Positions 55,688 through 64,000 of a stretch of DNA of 64,000 nt are shown here, piece after piece. The notes beneath the pieces are model-generated. The model made no database searches. It was not told the DNA's origin and worked only from the letters and a program-made list of their open reading frames with translations. The first letter of the stretch is position 1. Every line of letters starts with the position of its first letter. This DNA is from an uncultured Phycisphaerales bacterium (GTDB taxonomy: Bacteria; Planctomycetota; Phycisphaerae; Sedimentisphaerales; Anaerobacaceae). The stretch spans positions 448,001-512,000 of the forward strand of contig CAVYYI010000003.1 in assembly GCA_963772725.1 (NCBI GenBank), in the 5' to 3' direction. Position numbers and translations under genes: made by a program.

Positions 55688-57151
55688 CTATTGTGTTATC
55701 GTGAATTGCGGCCGGAAAGACAGCGGCTGCGGCATTGCGCTTCCCTGGAAACGCTTTCTGGCCAAACCGATAAGATAGAAACTGCCGGTAATGCAAATCA
55801 AATCGTCTCTTCCCACGGCGTTGGCGGCGATCTGCAGGGCGGCCTCCAGATTATCCGCGGTCTGCGCCATACCGCCGCAAATCTCGGTATATCTGTCGGC
55901 CAGTTCTTCCGGCGGCACAGCTTTTAATGAATTGCTGCGGGTGAATATCACCTTATCTGCGCCGTATTGCAGAGTCTGGAGCATTCCTTCGACGTCCTTA
56001 TCGTTGTTGCAGACCAAAAATCACGACCATAGAATCATAAGGAATATTCTGGCCTATGGCGTGAATGACCGCCTTGACGCTCCTGCGTTATCGGTGCCGT
56101 CAATCATAATCCTCGGACTGCCGCAAATCATTTCCATTCGACCGGGCAGCCAGACCGTAGAGAGGCCGCGTTCGGTTTTTTGGTCGTCGATTTTATAGCC
56201 GAGCGATTTGAGTTTATCGAGCATCGCCAGCGCCAGGCTGCAGTTAACGGCCTGATGTTTGCCGTAAAGAGGCACCTTAATATGTTCGAATTTACTTGTC
56301 GGTGTTGACAGGCAGATTCGCGTATGCGGCCCGCACTCACGGGAAATCTCGAAACGATATGAAAAATCGATATCTTTACCCGTTACAGATAGCGGCGCCT
56401 TTGCCGCCTCGGCGGCTTCCTTAATTATCTGCTGGGCCTCGGGAGCCTGCTTAACGGTAACAACAGGAATGCCGGGCTTGATAATGCCCGCCTTTTCTTT
56501 GGCGATACTTATGATGGTATTACCGAGCTGGTTCTGATGGTCAATGCTCAGGCTGGTTATTCCAACAATCTTGGGCTTTATGACGTTTGTGCTGTCCAAT
56601 CGCCCGCCCAGTCCGGTTTCAATTACGGCGATAGCGACCTTTACATCCGCGAAATGCATAAAGGCCAACGCGGTCATAATCTCAAAAAAGGTCAGCGGGT
56701 CGGTTTTCGCTATCTTCTCGACAGGGGCGTGAATACGATTGAGCAAATCCAGCATTTCTTTTTCGCTTATCAGTTGTGAATTAACCGCGATACGCTCATG
56801 AAGATGCACAACATGCGGCGAAGTATATAAACCAACTTTGTAATCGTTCGCTTCGAGCATTTTAGCCAGCATCGTCGCGGTGGAACCTTTGCCTTTTGTT
56901 CCAGCGATGTGTACTGTCGCGAATTTTTTTTGCGGATTGCCGAGCAGCGACAACAGTTTCTCCATCCTGCTGAGGTTGAAGGTGGTTACATTATACCGAA
57001 CACGCTGTTCTTTTTCGTAATCGGTTCTATCGAACAGGTATTTAATTGCCTGCTCGTAATTCTTAAAGGCCTTCTTCGTCCGCACAGGGGCGATTTTCGA
57101 AATATTCTTGGTACTTCGTTTTTTCTTCTCTGTTTTCGTAGCTTTCACCAT
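55688..57151 (-). CDS. folC: Folylpolyglutamate synthase/dihydrofolate synthase (frameshift near 56070)
   Basis: 'HIAGTKGKGS', 'YTSPH', 'ETGLGGRLDSTN', 'PGRME', 'ITGSFYL'. Confidence 0.93.
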
Positions 57152-57510
57152 ATAAATCTAATGTATCAAACTTAGACCTGTTAGTCAATGGATACGATGA
57201 ATAATTGTGAAAAAATGTACTTTTGCGTTACTAAAGGCGAAAAAACCATGATTAACTGTGTTAAAATGGGTAAAATAATGGATGCTGTTCATAAAAATAT
57301 CCATAGCACATCAGTAATAACAAAGATATGATTAGTTATACTTATGATTATCGACATATTTGCCACCGCTGACTTTAATAATTAAGCAACTTTTACTGGT
57401 TGTTTATTGTAATTTAAACAATTCATAGAGCTGATGATTTGATTTAAAGATAATAGTATTTTCGGAGTTTTACGGGTATAAGCAACTATTCACAGGAGTA
57501 GATTGGCTAT

Positions 57511-57540
57511 AAAAAAAGGTCTGTTTTCACAGACCCTTTT
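57511..57540 (-). terminator. Intrinsic terminator of the ncRNA
   Basis: Minus strand GGTCTGTGAAAACAGACC followed by TTTTTTT. Confidence 0.8.
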
Positions 57541-57543
57541 AAT

Positions 57544-57744
57544 TGCAAGGTTGACCTCCGCGTATGCCGTAAGAAAGCATTTGAAGAAAACCCATTATTT
57601 TCAAGTGGGCAACCGTTACTTGTGTCCGAAATTCCTATCAAGTAGGCATTTTCGATCCCTCAAGACCCGGCTTCCCCTACATGGGCTTATCGGTTTTTTC
57701 AAATCAAACTTTCTTTACAAACATCGCAGAAGTTAACCTGCACT
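57544..57744 (-). ncRNA. ssrS: Probable 6S RNA
   Basis: ~200-nt unit between a promoter and a terminator. The 5' end GCAGGTTAACTTCTGCGATGTTTGTAAAGAAAG pairs with the 3' end CTTTCTTACGGCATACGCGGAGGTCAACCTTGC. Internal 6S-like motifs: GTTTGA, GGGAAGCC, CCCACTTG..TGGG, ACGGCA. Confidence 0.8.
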
Positions 57745-57747
57745 TTA

Positions 57748-57776
57748 TTTATAACCAATTTTAAGGCAAAAGTCAA
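57748..57776 (-). promoter_or_regulatory. Sigma-70 promoter of the ncRNA
   Basis: TTGACT-N17-TATAAA. Confidence 0.75.
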
Positions 57777-57947
57777 GAAAATACCGCCGATGCACGCAGC
57801 AAAACAACATATATATATTTGCAAAGATGTCTTGTCCTGTGATAAGTTGATGCAAAGCTATTTGATGACTTGTTGCGTTAAATAGTCTATCAGGTAAAGA
57901 CCCTCCACCGCAGGGGCTTTGGGAATACTTGTCGGGTTACGAATTTA

Positions 57948-58691
57948 CTACAGTTCCCGTATCCAGATATTGCGGTATCGAATAGGATTGCCGTGTTCCT
58001 GCAGCATAATCGGCAGTTTATCGGCGTGCGGTGCGTAGGGCGTCTCTTTTATGTGCGCAGTGGGTCCTTTAATAGCAAAATTATCCTGAACAAGCACGCC
58101 ATTTTGCAGCACGGTAATAGTCGCTGGTTTGGCAAGTTTGCCGTCTTTGAATATCGGGTGATGGAATATTATGTCGTAACTCTGCCATTGACCCGGCGGC
58201 AGACAGACATTGACCAGCGGCGGATTCTGACCATAAATCGAACCTGCCATTCCGTCGGCGTAGGTTCTGTTATTATAGCAATCCAGAACCTGCAGCTCGT
58301 ATAGCCCCATCAAAAAAACACCGCTGTTGCCGCGCCCCTGACTTGGGCCGACGACCTCTTTCGGCGTGGCCCACTCGATGTGGAGCTGACAATCGCCGAA
58401 CGCCTGTTTTGTACGGATGCCGCCGGCCTTTTTAACCGCCTCGGCGTAGCCATTTTCAATCTTCCATTTGGGCGATGAGCCGTCTTTATCGCTAACCCAT
58501 TTCGAGAGGTCTTTGCCGTCAAAAAGCACAATAGCATCGGAAGGTACAGGCAACGGATTAACAACTTTCGACACAGGGCGATTCATATCGTGTATCGCCC
58601 ACTTTTGTTCCTCGGCGGAATTGCTTACCGAACAGCCGCAAAATATCGCGAACATTATTGAAACCGGCAGTAGCATAGTTTTTCTTTTCAT
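57948..58691 (-). CDS. DUF1080 (3-keto-disaccharide hydrolase-like) lipoprotein
   Basis: 'LFDGKDL..W', 'GNSGVF', 'YELQVLD', 'GQWQSYDI', 'LQEHGNPIRYRNIWIREL'; lipobox-like 'FCGC'. Confidence 0.9.
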   Translation of the reverse strand: MKRKTMLLPVSIMFAIFCGCSVSNSAEEQKWAIHDMNRPVSKVVNPLPVPSDAIVLFDGKDLSKWVSDKDGSSPKWKIENGYAEAVKKAGGIRTKQAFGDCQLHIEWATPKEVVGPSQGRGNSGVFLMGLYELQVLDCYNNRTYADGMAGSIYGQNPPLVNVCLPPGQWQSYDIIFHHPIFKDGKLAKPATITVLQNGVLVQDNFAIKGPTAHIKETPYAPHADKLPIMLQEHGNPIRYRNIWIREL

Positions 58692-58705
58692 TTTTCAGTC
58701 TTTTC

Positions 58706-59683
58706 CTATTTTTCAAAAATATTTTTATCAGCTTCTTTAGCCAATGCCGCCGCCCCGATTATACCCGTGTCCTCGCCGAGAGCGGCAAAGCGTATTTCCA
58801 CCGTCTCTTTTTTTAGCGTCCAGATTTGCTCATTGAAATATTCTTTTACTCGATTTAAAAACCCATCGCCAGCCGCAATCATTCCGCCGGCAAAAACTAT
58901 ACGTTCAGGGTCTGTTGTATGCAGCATATTTACACAGCAAATCGCAATTGCCTTGGCGGTCTCATCGGTTATCCGTTTTGCCAGTTTGTCACCAGCGAAA
59001 AGGTGTTCGTAAACATCTTTAGCGGTTATTTCGCCTTTTTCATCAAAAATTTTGCTAAGTGACGAAGCCTCGCCCGCTTTAACCGCCTCGGTCGCTCTTT
59101 TCGCGGTGTAGCTTGCCGACGCATAAGCTTCGAAGCAGCCTTTCTGTCCGCAGCCGCATTTTCTGCCGTCGGGATAAATTATCGTATGGCCGACTTCCGA
59201 GGCATTTCCTGTTGAGCCGCGAACAAGTTTTCTGTCGATAATGATACCGCAGCCGATTCCTGTGCCGAACGTAAAAAAGACCATATCGTTGACTTTTTTG
59301 CCCGCCCCGCAGACAAACTCTCCCCAACAGGCGGTCTTTGCGTCATTTTCCATAACAGCGGGCTTGCCCAGCGAGTCGCTGAGCATCCGCCTGAGAGGAA
59401 CGTCTTTGAATTTCGGCAGATTGGCGAGTTTGTGAAGTATGCCCGCCTTGTAATCCGCCGGTCCGGGCGTGCCGATTCCGATACCGGCAACATCATTCAG
59501 GCTCAGCTTAATATCTTTGAGCATTTTCGTGATTGTCTGACTTACCCGCTCAACGACACCCTTTTCGCCCATATCCGCTTCAGTCGCAACGGAGGTTTTG
59601 CAGATAAGTTTCAGCCCATCGTCAAAACATCCGATTTTGACATTCGTCCCGCCCAAATCTATTCCGACAAAAATTTTACTCAT
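58706..59683 (-). CDS. ROK-family sugar kinase (glucokinase-like)
   Basis: 'GIDLGGT', 'ENDA', 'GTGIG', 'EVGH', 'CGCGQKGCFEAYAS'. Confidence 0.92.
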   Translation of the reverse strand: MSKIFVGIDLGGTNVKIGCFDDGLKLICKTSVATEADMGEKGVVERVSQTITKMLKDIKLSLNDVAGIGIGTPGPADYKAGILHKLANLPKFKDVPLRRMLSDSLGKPAVMENDAKTACWGEFVCGAGKKVNDMVFFTFGTGIGCGIIIDRKLVRGSTGNASEVGHTIIYPDGRKCGCGQKGCFEAYASASYTAKRATEAVKAGEASSLSKIFDEKGEITAKDVYEHLFAGDKLAKRITDETAKAIAICCVNMLHTTDPERIVFAGGMIAAGDGFLNRVKEYFNEQIWTLKKETVEIRFAALGEDTGIIGAAALAKEADKNIFEK

Positions 59684-59690
59684 TTTTCAC

Positions 59691-59720
59691 CACTAAGACA
59701 CAAAGACACTTAGACACTTA
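59691..59720. repeat. 8-bp tandem repeat, about 3.75 copies
   Basis: CACTAAGA CACAAAGA CACTTAGA CACTTA. Confidence 0.6.
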
Positions 59721-59798
59721 TTTTTTACAGAGTCCCGACAGATTCGTTAGCTATCTTACACCAAATCATTCAGCTTTCAAAGAGCGAATATTATTGCT

Positions 59799-60725
59799 TT
59801 ATTTTATAAGTTTAAATGTTCCTGACTTACCACTTGTTTTTTCTACAAAAAATATTTCTTCGCCTGATTCGGATATCCTCAATTCATTGTAAGGGAAAAA
59901 CTTCATGTCTACTGGGCCGAAATAATATAATTTTATAAGGTTAGGCTCATCTCTATGGATGTCGAATGTAAACTCGTAACTCTCATTTTTTTCCCAAGGT
60001 GCGTAGTTATTTGTCGCCCAAGTAAACACGGCTGTAGCTTTATCGGTAAATTTTATATTGTCGTCTGTTTCTTTGTTAATGTAATTTTTTCCATAAAGAA
60101 TTTTGTTTTTGACTGCCTTTACATTTACAAGAGTAACTTTTATGTTATTTGGGTCAAGCCTTTCCAAGTCTCCTTTATATTCAACATCAACACTTCTATC
60201 TGACCACAAGCCTAAATACCAATACCAGAAATGAGTGCCTGCTTTTGTTCCAGTGTAATAAGAACGCCACGTTGGATTTTCATTTTTTATTAGACTCTTC
60301 TCTTTTTTTGTTAATTTAACCTTTGAAATTGTCGCTTCACGTATTACTGAAAGCACATTGGGAGCTAAAGCTTTTTCTTGCGGACGAATTATGGTTATAA
60401 AGACTGAATCATTGTCTAATTCATCTAAAGTCGATATTCCTGGATGCTTGACATAAATCTGAGTTCCGTTCTCCAGTTCCCAATTATAGCAATATGTATA
60501 TAGCCAATCAACACGATACATTGACGCATTTGGTTTTTCCCCATTAACAAATGAACGTTCCGCTTCATTCAAGCGATTGCTAGCTAAAACAATTGACTTA
60601 ATCGAAGAAATCAGATTTGGGTCTTCAGGCGACAATCTATATTGTTCAGAACATCCAAAACAGAATAACAGAAAGCCTAATTGTAAAATTAAAAAAAGCA
60701 GGCTGAAATTCTGTTTATTTTTCAT
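59799..60725 (-). CDS. AT-rich hypothetical lipoprotein
   Basis: Signal ending 'CFGC'; visibly lower GC than its neighbours. Confidence 0.7.
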   Translation of the reverse strand: MKNKQNFSLLFLILQLGFLLFCFGCSEQYRLSPEDPNLISSIKSIVLASNRLNEAERSFVNGEKPNASMYRVDWLYTYCYNWELENGTQIYVKHPGISTLDELDNDSVFITIIRPQEKALAPNVLSVIREATISKVKLTKKEKSLIKNENPTWRSYYTGTKAGTHFWYWYLGLWSDRSVDVEYKGDLERLDPNNIKVTLVNVKAVKNKILYGKNYINKETDDNIKFTDKATAVFTWATNNYAPWEKNESYEFTFDIHRDEPNLIKLYYFGPVDMKFFPYNELRISESGEEIFFVEKTSGKSGTFKLIK

Positions 60726-60727
60726 AA

Positions 60728-61711
60728 TTAATCCGGATAGCCGTTGGGATTTTTGTTGTGCCAATTCCAGGCTGTTTCGACGATTTTTTCGAGTTCGGCG
60801 AATTTTGTTTTCCAGCCGAGTTCTTTTATGGCTTTTGTCGCATCTGAAGTCAGAACAGGCGGGTCACCTGGACGACGCGGGGTCTCGATTACTTTGAAAG
60901 ATTTTCCTGAGACTTTTTTTACGGTTTCTATCACTTCGCGGACGGAATAGCCTTTGCCGTTGCCGAGATTGTAAACCAGTTCAGCCTTTTCACTTAGCTT
61001 ATTTAATGCCAGCAGATGCGCACTGCGCAAATCCTCGATATGGATATAATCGCGAATGCATGTTCCGTCCGGCGTAGGATAATCCGTGCCGTAAATTTTA
61101 ATATTTTCGCGTTTTCCCATCGCCGCCTGAATTATCAGGGGAATCAGGTGAGATTCTGGCCGATGGTCTTCACCGAGCGTGCCGTTATTGCCTGCGCCGC
61201 AGGCGTTGAAATACCGCAGCGCCGCGTAACACAGTTTTCCCGTGAGGCTTTGAAAATGGCACATCCGCTCAACCATCCACTTGCTGTCGCCATAAGGATT
61301 GATGGGGTCTTTCGGCAAAGTTTCGCTGATTGGCACTGTGTCGGGCATACCGTAAACAGCGGCAGTGCTGCTGAATACGAATCTGCCTACGTCGGCTGAT
61401 TCCATCGCCGAGAGAAGATTTTGCGTATTGGAAAAATTATTTTGATAATATTTCAGCGGCTGCTCAACCGATTCCCCCACCTCGATAAAAGCAGCAAAAT
61501 GCATTACCGCTTCAATTTTGTGATTTTTGAGAGTTTTAACGAGAAGTTCATAATCATTCAAGTCGCCGCTAACAAATTTAGCCCCCTTAATCGCAGCTTT
61601 GTGTCCCCTGCTCAGATTATCATAAACTACCGGCTCGTGGCCGCTGGCCGCCAGCTTCGCGACCATATTGCTGCCGATATATCCCGCTCCGCCACATACA
61701 AGCACTTTCAT
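60728..61711 (-). CDS. galE: UDP-glucose 4-epimerase
   Basis: 'GGAGYIGS', 'HFAA', 'FSSTAAVYG', 'YGDSK', 'LRYFN', 'DGTCIRDYIH'. Confidence 0.95.
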   Translation of the reverse strand: MKVLVCGGAGYIGSNMVAKLAASGHEPVVYDNLSRGHKAAIKGAKFVSGDLNDYELLVKTLKNHKIEAVMHFAAFIEVGESVEQPLKYYQNNFSNTQNLLSAMESADVGRFVFSSTAAVYGMPDTVPISETLPKDPINPYGDSKWMVERMCHFQSLTGKLCYAALRYFNACGAGNNGTLGEDHRPESHLIPLIIQAAMGKRENIKIYGTDYPTPDGTCIRDYIHIEDLRSAHLLALNKLSEKAELVYNLGNGKGYSVREVIETVKKVSGKSFKVIETPRRPGDPPVLTSDATKAIKELGWKTKFAELEKIVETAWNWHNKNPNGYPD

Positions 61712-62301
61712 TGATTTTTCCCTTTCCGCTGTTGTGCAATTTGTTTTTCAATTCGCTGGAGAATTGCCGTCTCAAGTTCCTTATCGCGTCCGAGGTCATC
61801 CCATGATTTTTCGCCGCCATAAAGTTTTAAATTCTGCCTCGATGAGCCGCTTTTGGTGAAAAGCCCGGACATCGATATGCTGCCGGTTATTTCGCGTTCC
61901 GGCAGATTCAGCCTTTGAACATCAACATTGCAGTTCACGCACATATTACCCTGTTCGTTTCTGCTGAACAGGAGTTTTGCAATTCTCTGTATACTTTGCA
62001 GGTTCGCCTCTTCAAAATTCCTGGAGCCGACATTATCTTTTCGCCAGAACTCAAAAAATTGCGCCCCAGATAAAGGCTTTGTTATTATTACACCGCTGCT
62101 GACATCATATTTGTCCGTTTCAAAGTGTAGTCCGCTCAAAACGTCCTGCGAGACCTTCATCACAGTTGCATCATTAGCGTTGCCCACGCAAATCCGCTCA
62201 ATGGGCTTAAATTCCTTCTGCCTGACGCAGCCCGCAAACAACACCGCAGCCGCCAAAGCAATCGCGTATATTTTTATTGTTTTCATTTTCAAACCATCCA
62301 T
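61708..62301 (-). CDS. Hypothetical lipoprotein
   Basis: Lipobox 'FAGC'; stop overlaps the galE start. Confidence 0.75.
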   Translation of the reverse strand: MDGLKMKTIKIYAIALAAAVLFAGCVRQKEFKPIERICVGNANDATVMKVSQDVLSGLHFETDKYDVSSGVIITKPLSGAQFFEFWRKDNVGSRNFEEANLQSIQRIAKLLFSRNEQGNMCVNCNVDVQRLNLPEREITGSISMSGLFTKSGSSRQNLKLYGGEKSWDDLGRDKELETAILQRIEKQIAQQRKGKNQ

Positions 62302-62414
62302 TTTTATTATTGGCTTAAAATTCGGCCTGATTATATCTCCATCGCGGATTTAACTCAATAACCATTTACATTTTGGCGTGTCAAATTCGTACGTGGTTTT
62401 TCCCCATTATTATC

Positions 62415-63642
62415 CAGGGCAAACGCATCTAAATTTTATTGTTAATTCAGGTTAGTTCTTGGGATAGCCCGATAACTTTTGTATGGAAACTTATATTATT
62501 GCTATACAGGAGTTTAGAATGGACAAAACACTGCTGGATTATTTTTCAGACCTGCCTGATCCCCGGGTTGAGCGAACAAAATTGCACAAATTGGAAGATA
62601 TTTTGGCTATCACAATTTGTGCGGTCATCTGTGGAGCGGAAGGATGGAATGAAATTGAATTGTTTGGCCAATGCAAACAGCAGTGGCTGGAGAGTTTTTT
62701 GGAATTGCCCAACGGCATACCATCCCATGACACTTTTGCACGTGTGGTTTCTTCGATAAAGCCGGATGATTTTGAGCAGCGTTTTCAGAGATGGATACAG
62801 GCTCTTGCTAAAAACACGGGTGAAAAAATAATAGCGATTGACGGCAAAACTCTGCGAAGATCGTTTGATACAGCCAACCGCAAGGCGGCGATTCACATGG
62901 TTAGTGCATGGGCTTGCGAGAATAAAATGGTCTTTGGCCAGGTCGTTACGGACGGCAAGAGCAATGAAATCACCGCTATCCCAAAATTGCTTGAAATGCT
63001 GGTTTTAGATGGTTCTGTGGTAACTATAGATGCAATGGGTTGTCAGAAGAAGATAGCTGAAAAAATAATCGACGGCAACGGGGACTACGTTTTCAGTTTA
63101 AAAGGTAATCATGGCACATTGCACGAAGAGGTCAAATTGTTTATGGACGATGCTATTGCCAATAGGGGCAGTTGTGATTACAGTTGTGATACCGATGGCG
63201 GTCATGGCCGAGTAGAGACTCGGAAAATATGGTGCAGTGAGAATGTCCAATGGATGCAGGATCTTAAACAATGGCAGGGCTTGTCGAGCCTGATAGCGGT
63301 TGAATCGCAAAGAGTTCAGAGCGATAAAACCACCGTTGAAAGGCGTTACTTTATAAGCAGTCTTGCCGGAAAAGACGCCAGAGCGATGGGGCAAATAATT
63401 CGAGAACATTGGGGCGTTGAAAATAAACTGCACTGGAGTCTTGATGTGAGCTTTGGCGAGGACAACTGCCGTATTCGCAAAGACTTCGGAGCAGAAAATT
63501 TTTCTCGGTTGCGTCGGATAGCCCTGAATCTGCTAAAACAGGAAAAAACCTTGAAACGCGGGATTAAAGCCAAACAGCACAAAGCTGGATGGGATGAGCA
63601 ATATCTGCTGAAAGTACTACAAATTTAGATGCGTTTGCCCTG
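62415..63642 (+). mobile_element. ISAs1-family insertion sequence (1228 bp), intact
   Basis: Perfect 22-bp TIR CAGGGCAAACGCATCTAAATTT; 10-bp target duplication CATTATTATC at 62405-14 and 63643-52. Confidence 0.95.
62519..63628 (+). CDS. ISAs1 transposase
   Basis: 'DPR', 'GIPSHDTF', 'IDGKTLR', 'KSNEITAIP', 'TIDAMGCQ', '[10 protein letters not shown]'. Confidence 0.96.
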   Translation: MDKTLLDYFSDLPDPRVERTKLHKLEDILAITICAVICGAEGWNEIELFGQCKQQWLESFLELPNGIPSHDTFARVVSSIKPDDFEQRFQRWIQALAKNTGEKIIAIDGKTLRRSFDTANRKAAIHMVSAWACENKMVFGQVVTDGKSNEITAIPKLLEMLVLDGSVVTIDAMGCQKKIAEKIIDGNGDYVFSLKGNHGTLHEEVKLFMDDAIANRGSCDYSCDTDGGHGRVETRKIWCSENVQWMQDLKQWQGLSSLIAVESQRVQSDKTTVERRYFISSLAGKDARAMGQIIREHWGVENKLHWSLDVSFGEDNCRIRKDFGAENFSRLRRIALNLLKQEKTLKRGIKAKQHKAGWDEQYLLKVLQI

Positions 63643-63720
63643 CATTATTATCCAAATTGCTTGCAAACGAGGTGGCATAGGATTATTGTTTATATCGAGA
63701 TAATTATTAAGGGTAACACA

Positions 63721-64000
63721 ATGATAAAGAAAGTATTAGTTCCTATCGCCAACGGCACGGAAGAACTCGAAGCGGTCAGTATTATCGACTGCCTCAGAAG
63801 AGCCGGCGCGGATGTAACCGTGGCTTCGGTAAGCGAAAAAAAGCAGATTATCGCCAGCAGAAAAACGTTGCTGACAGCGGATAAACTCATCCGCTATTGT
63901 GTTAATGAAAAGTACGATTTAATAGCCTTACCCGGCGGTATGCCTGGCGCCGAACATCTGCGTGACAGCCGCGAACTGACCGAAATGCTCAAAGAACAAT
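63721..64000 (+). CDS. DJ-1/PfpI/ThiJ family protein, 3'-partial
   Basis: [29 protein letters not shown]...[11 protein letters not shown], running off the window. Confidence 0.9.
   Translation, partial: MIKKVLVPIANGTEELEAVSIIDCLRRAGADVTVASVSEKKQIIASRKTLLTADKLIRYCVNEKYDLIALPGGMPGAEHLRDSRELTEMLKEQ

Overview
A gene-dense bacterial chromosomal segment. The gene repertoire and protein style (expanded BlaI/M56 sensors, ECF/anti-sigma pairs, OstA-like protein, DUF1080) suggest a planctomycete, probably Phycisphaerae/Sedimentisphaerales-like; this is inference. It carries housekeeping and energy genes: acyl-CoA dehydrogenase-etfAB, a complete F1Fo ATP synthase operon, rnpA, a 2-oxoacid dehydrogenase cluster (probably fused E1 alpha/beta plus E2) with a divergent DeoR regulator, hsp20, a P-type ATPase, cstA, der, dprA, murA, murD, pyrF, a GH36-like glycosidase, yggS, hemL, folC, a ROK kinase, galE and DJ-1. 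It also has a signalling block (ECF plus double-zinc-finger anti-sigma, an ECF-anti-sigma fusion, BlaI plus a giant mosaic M56 sensor) and three mobile elements (IS630, ISAs1, a 179-bp MITE). About 15 genes, including essential ones, are broken by small indels, which are most likely long-read assembly errors. Elements missing from the ORF track include a probable 6S RNA gene, a 31-aa single-helix membrane protein gene with its own promoter directly upstream of the Ca2+-type P-ATPase, a MerR-like gene, a sigma-54 promoter, operator repeats and a possible oriC-like region. No CRISPR array, tRNA or rRNA was seen, and I cannot claim a confidently new multi-gene system. The best candidates for new biology are the micropeptide-P-ATPase pair, the ECF/M56 sensor architectures and the DeoR-linked fused dehydrogenase.
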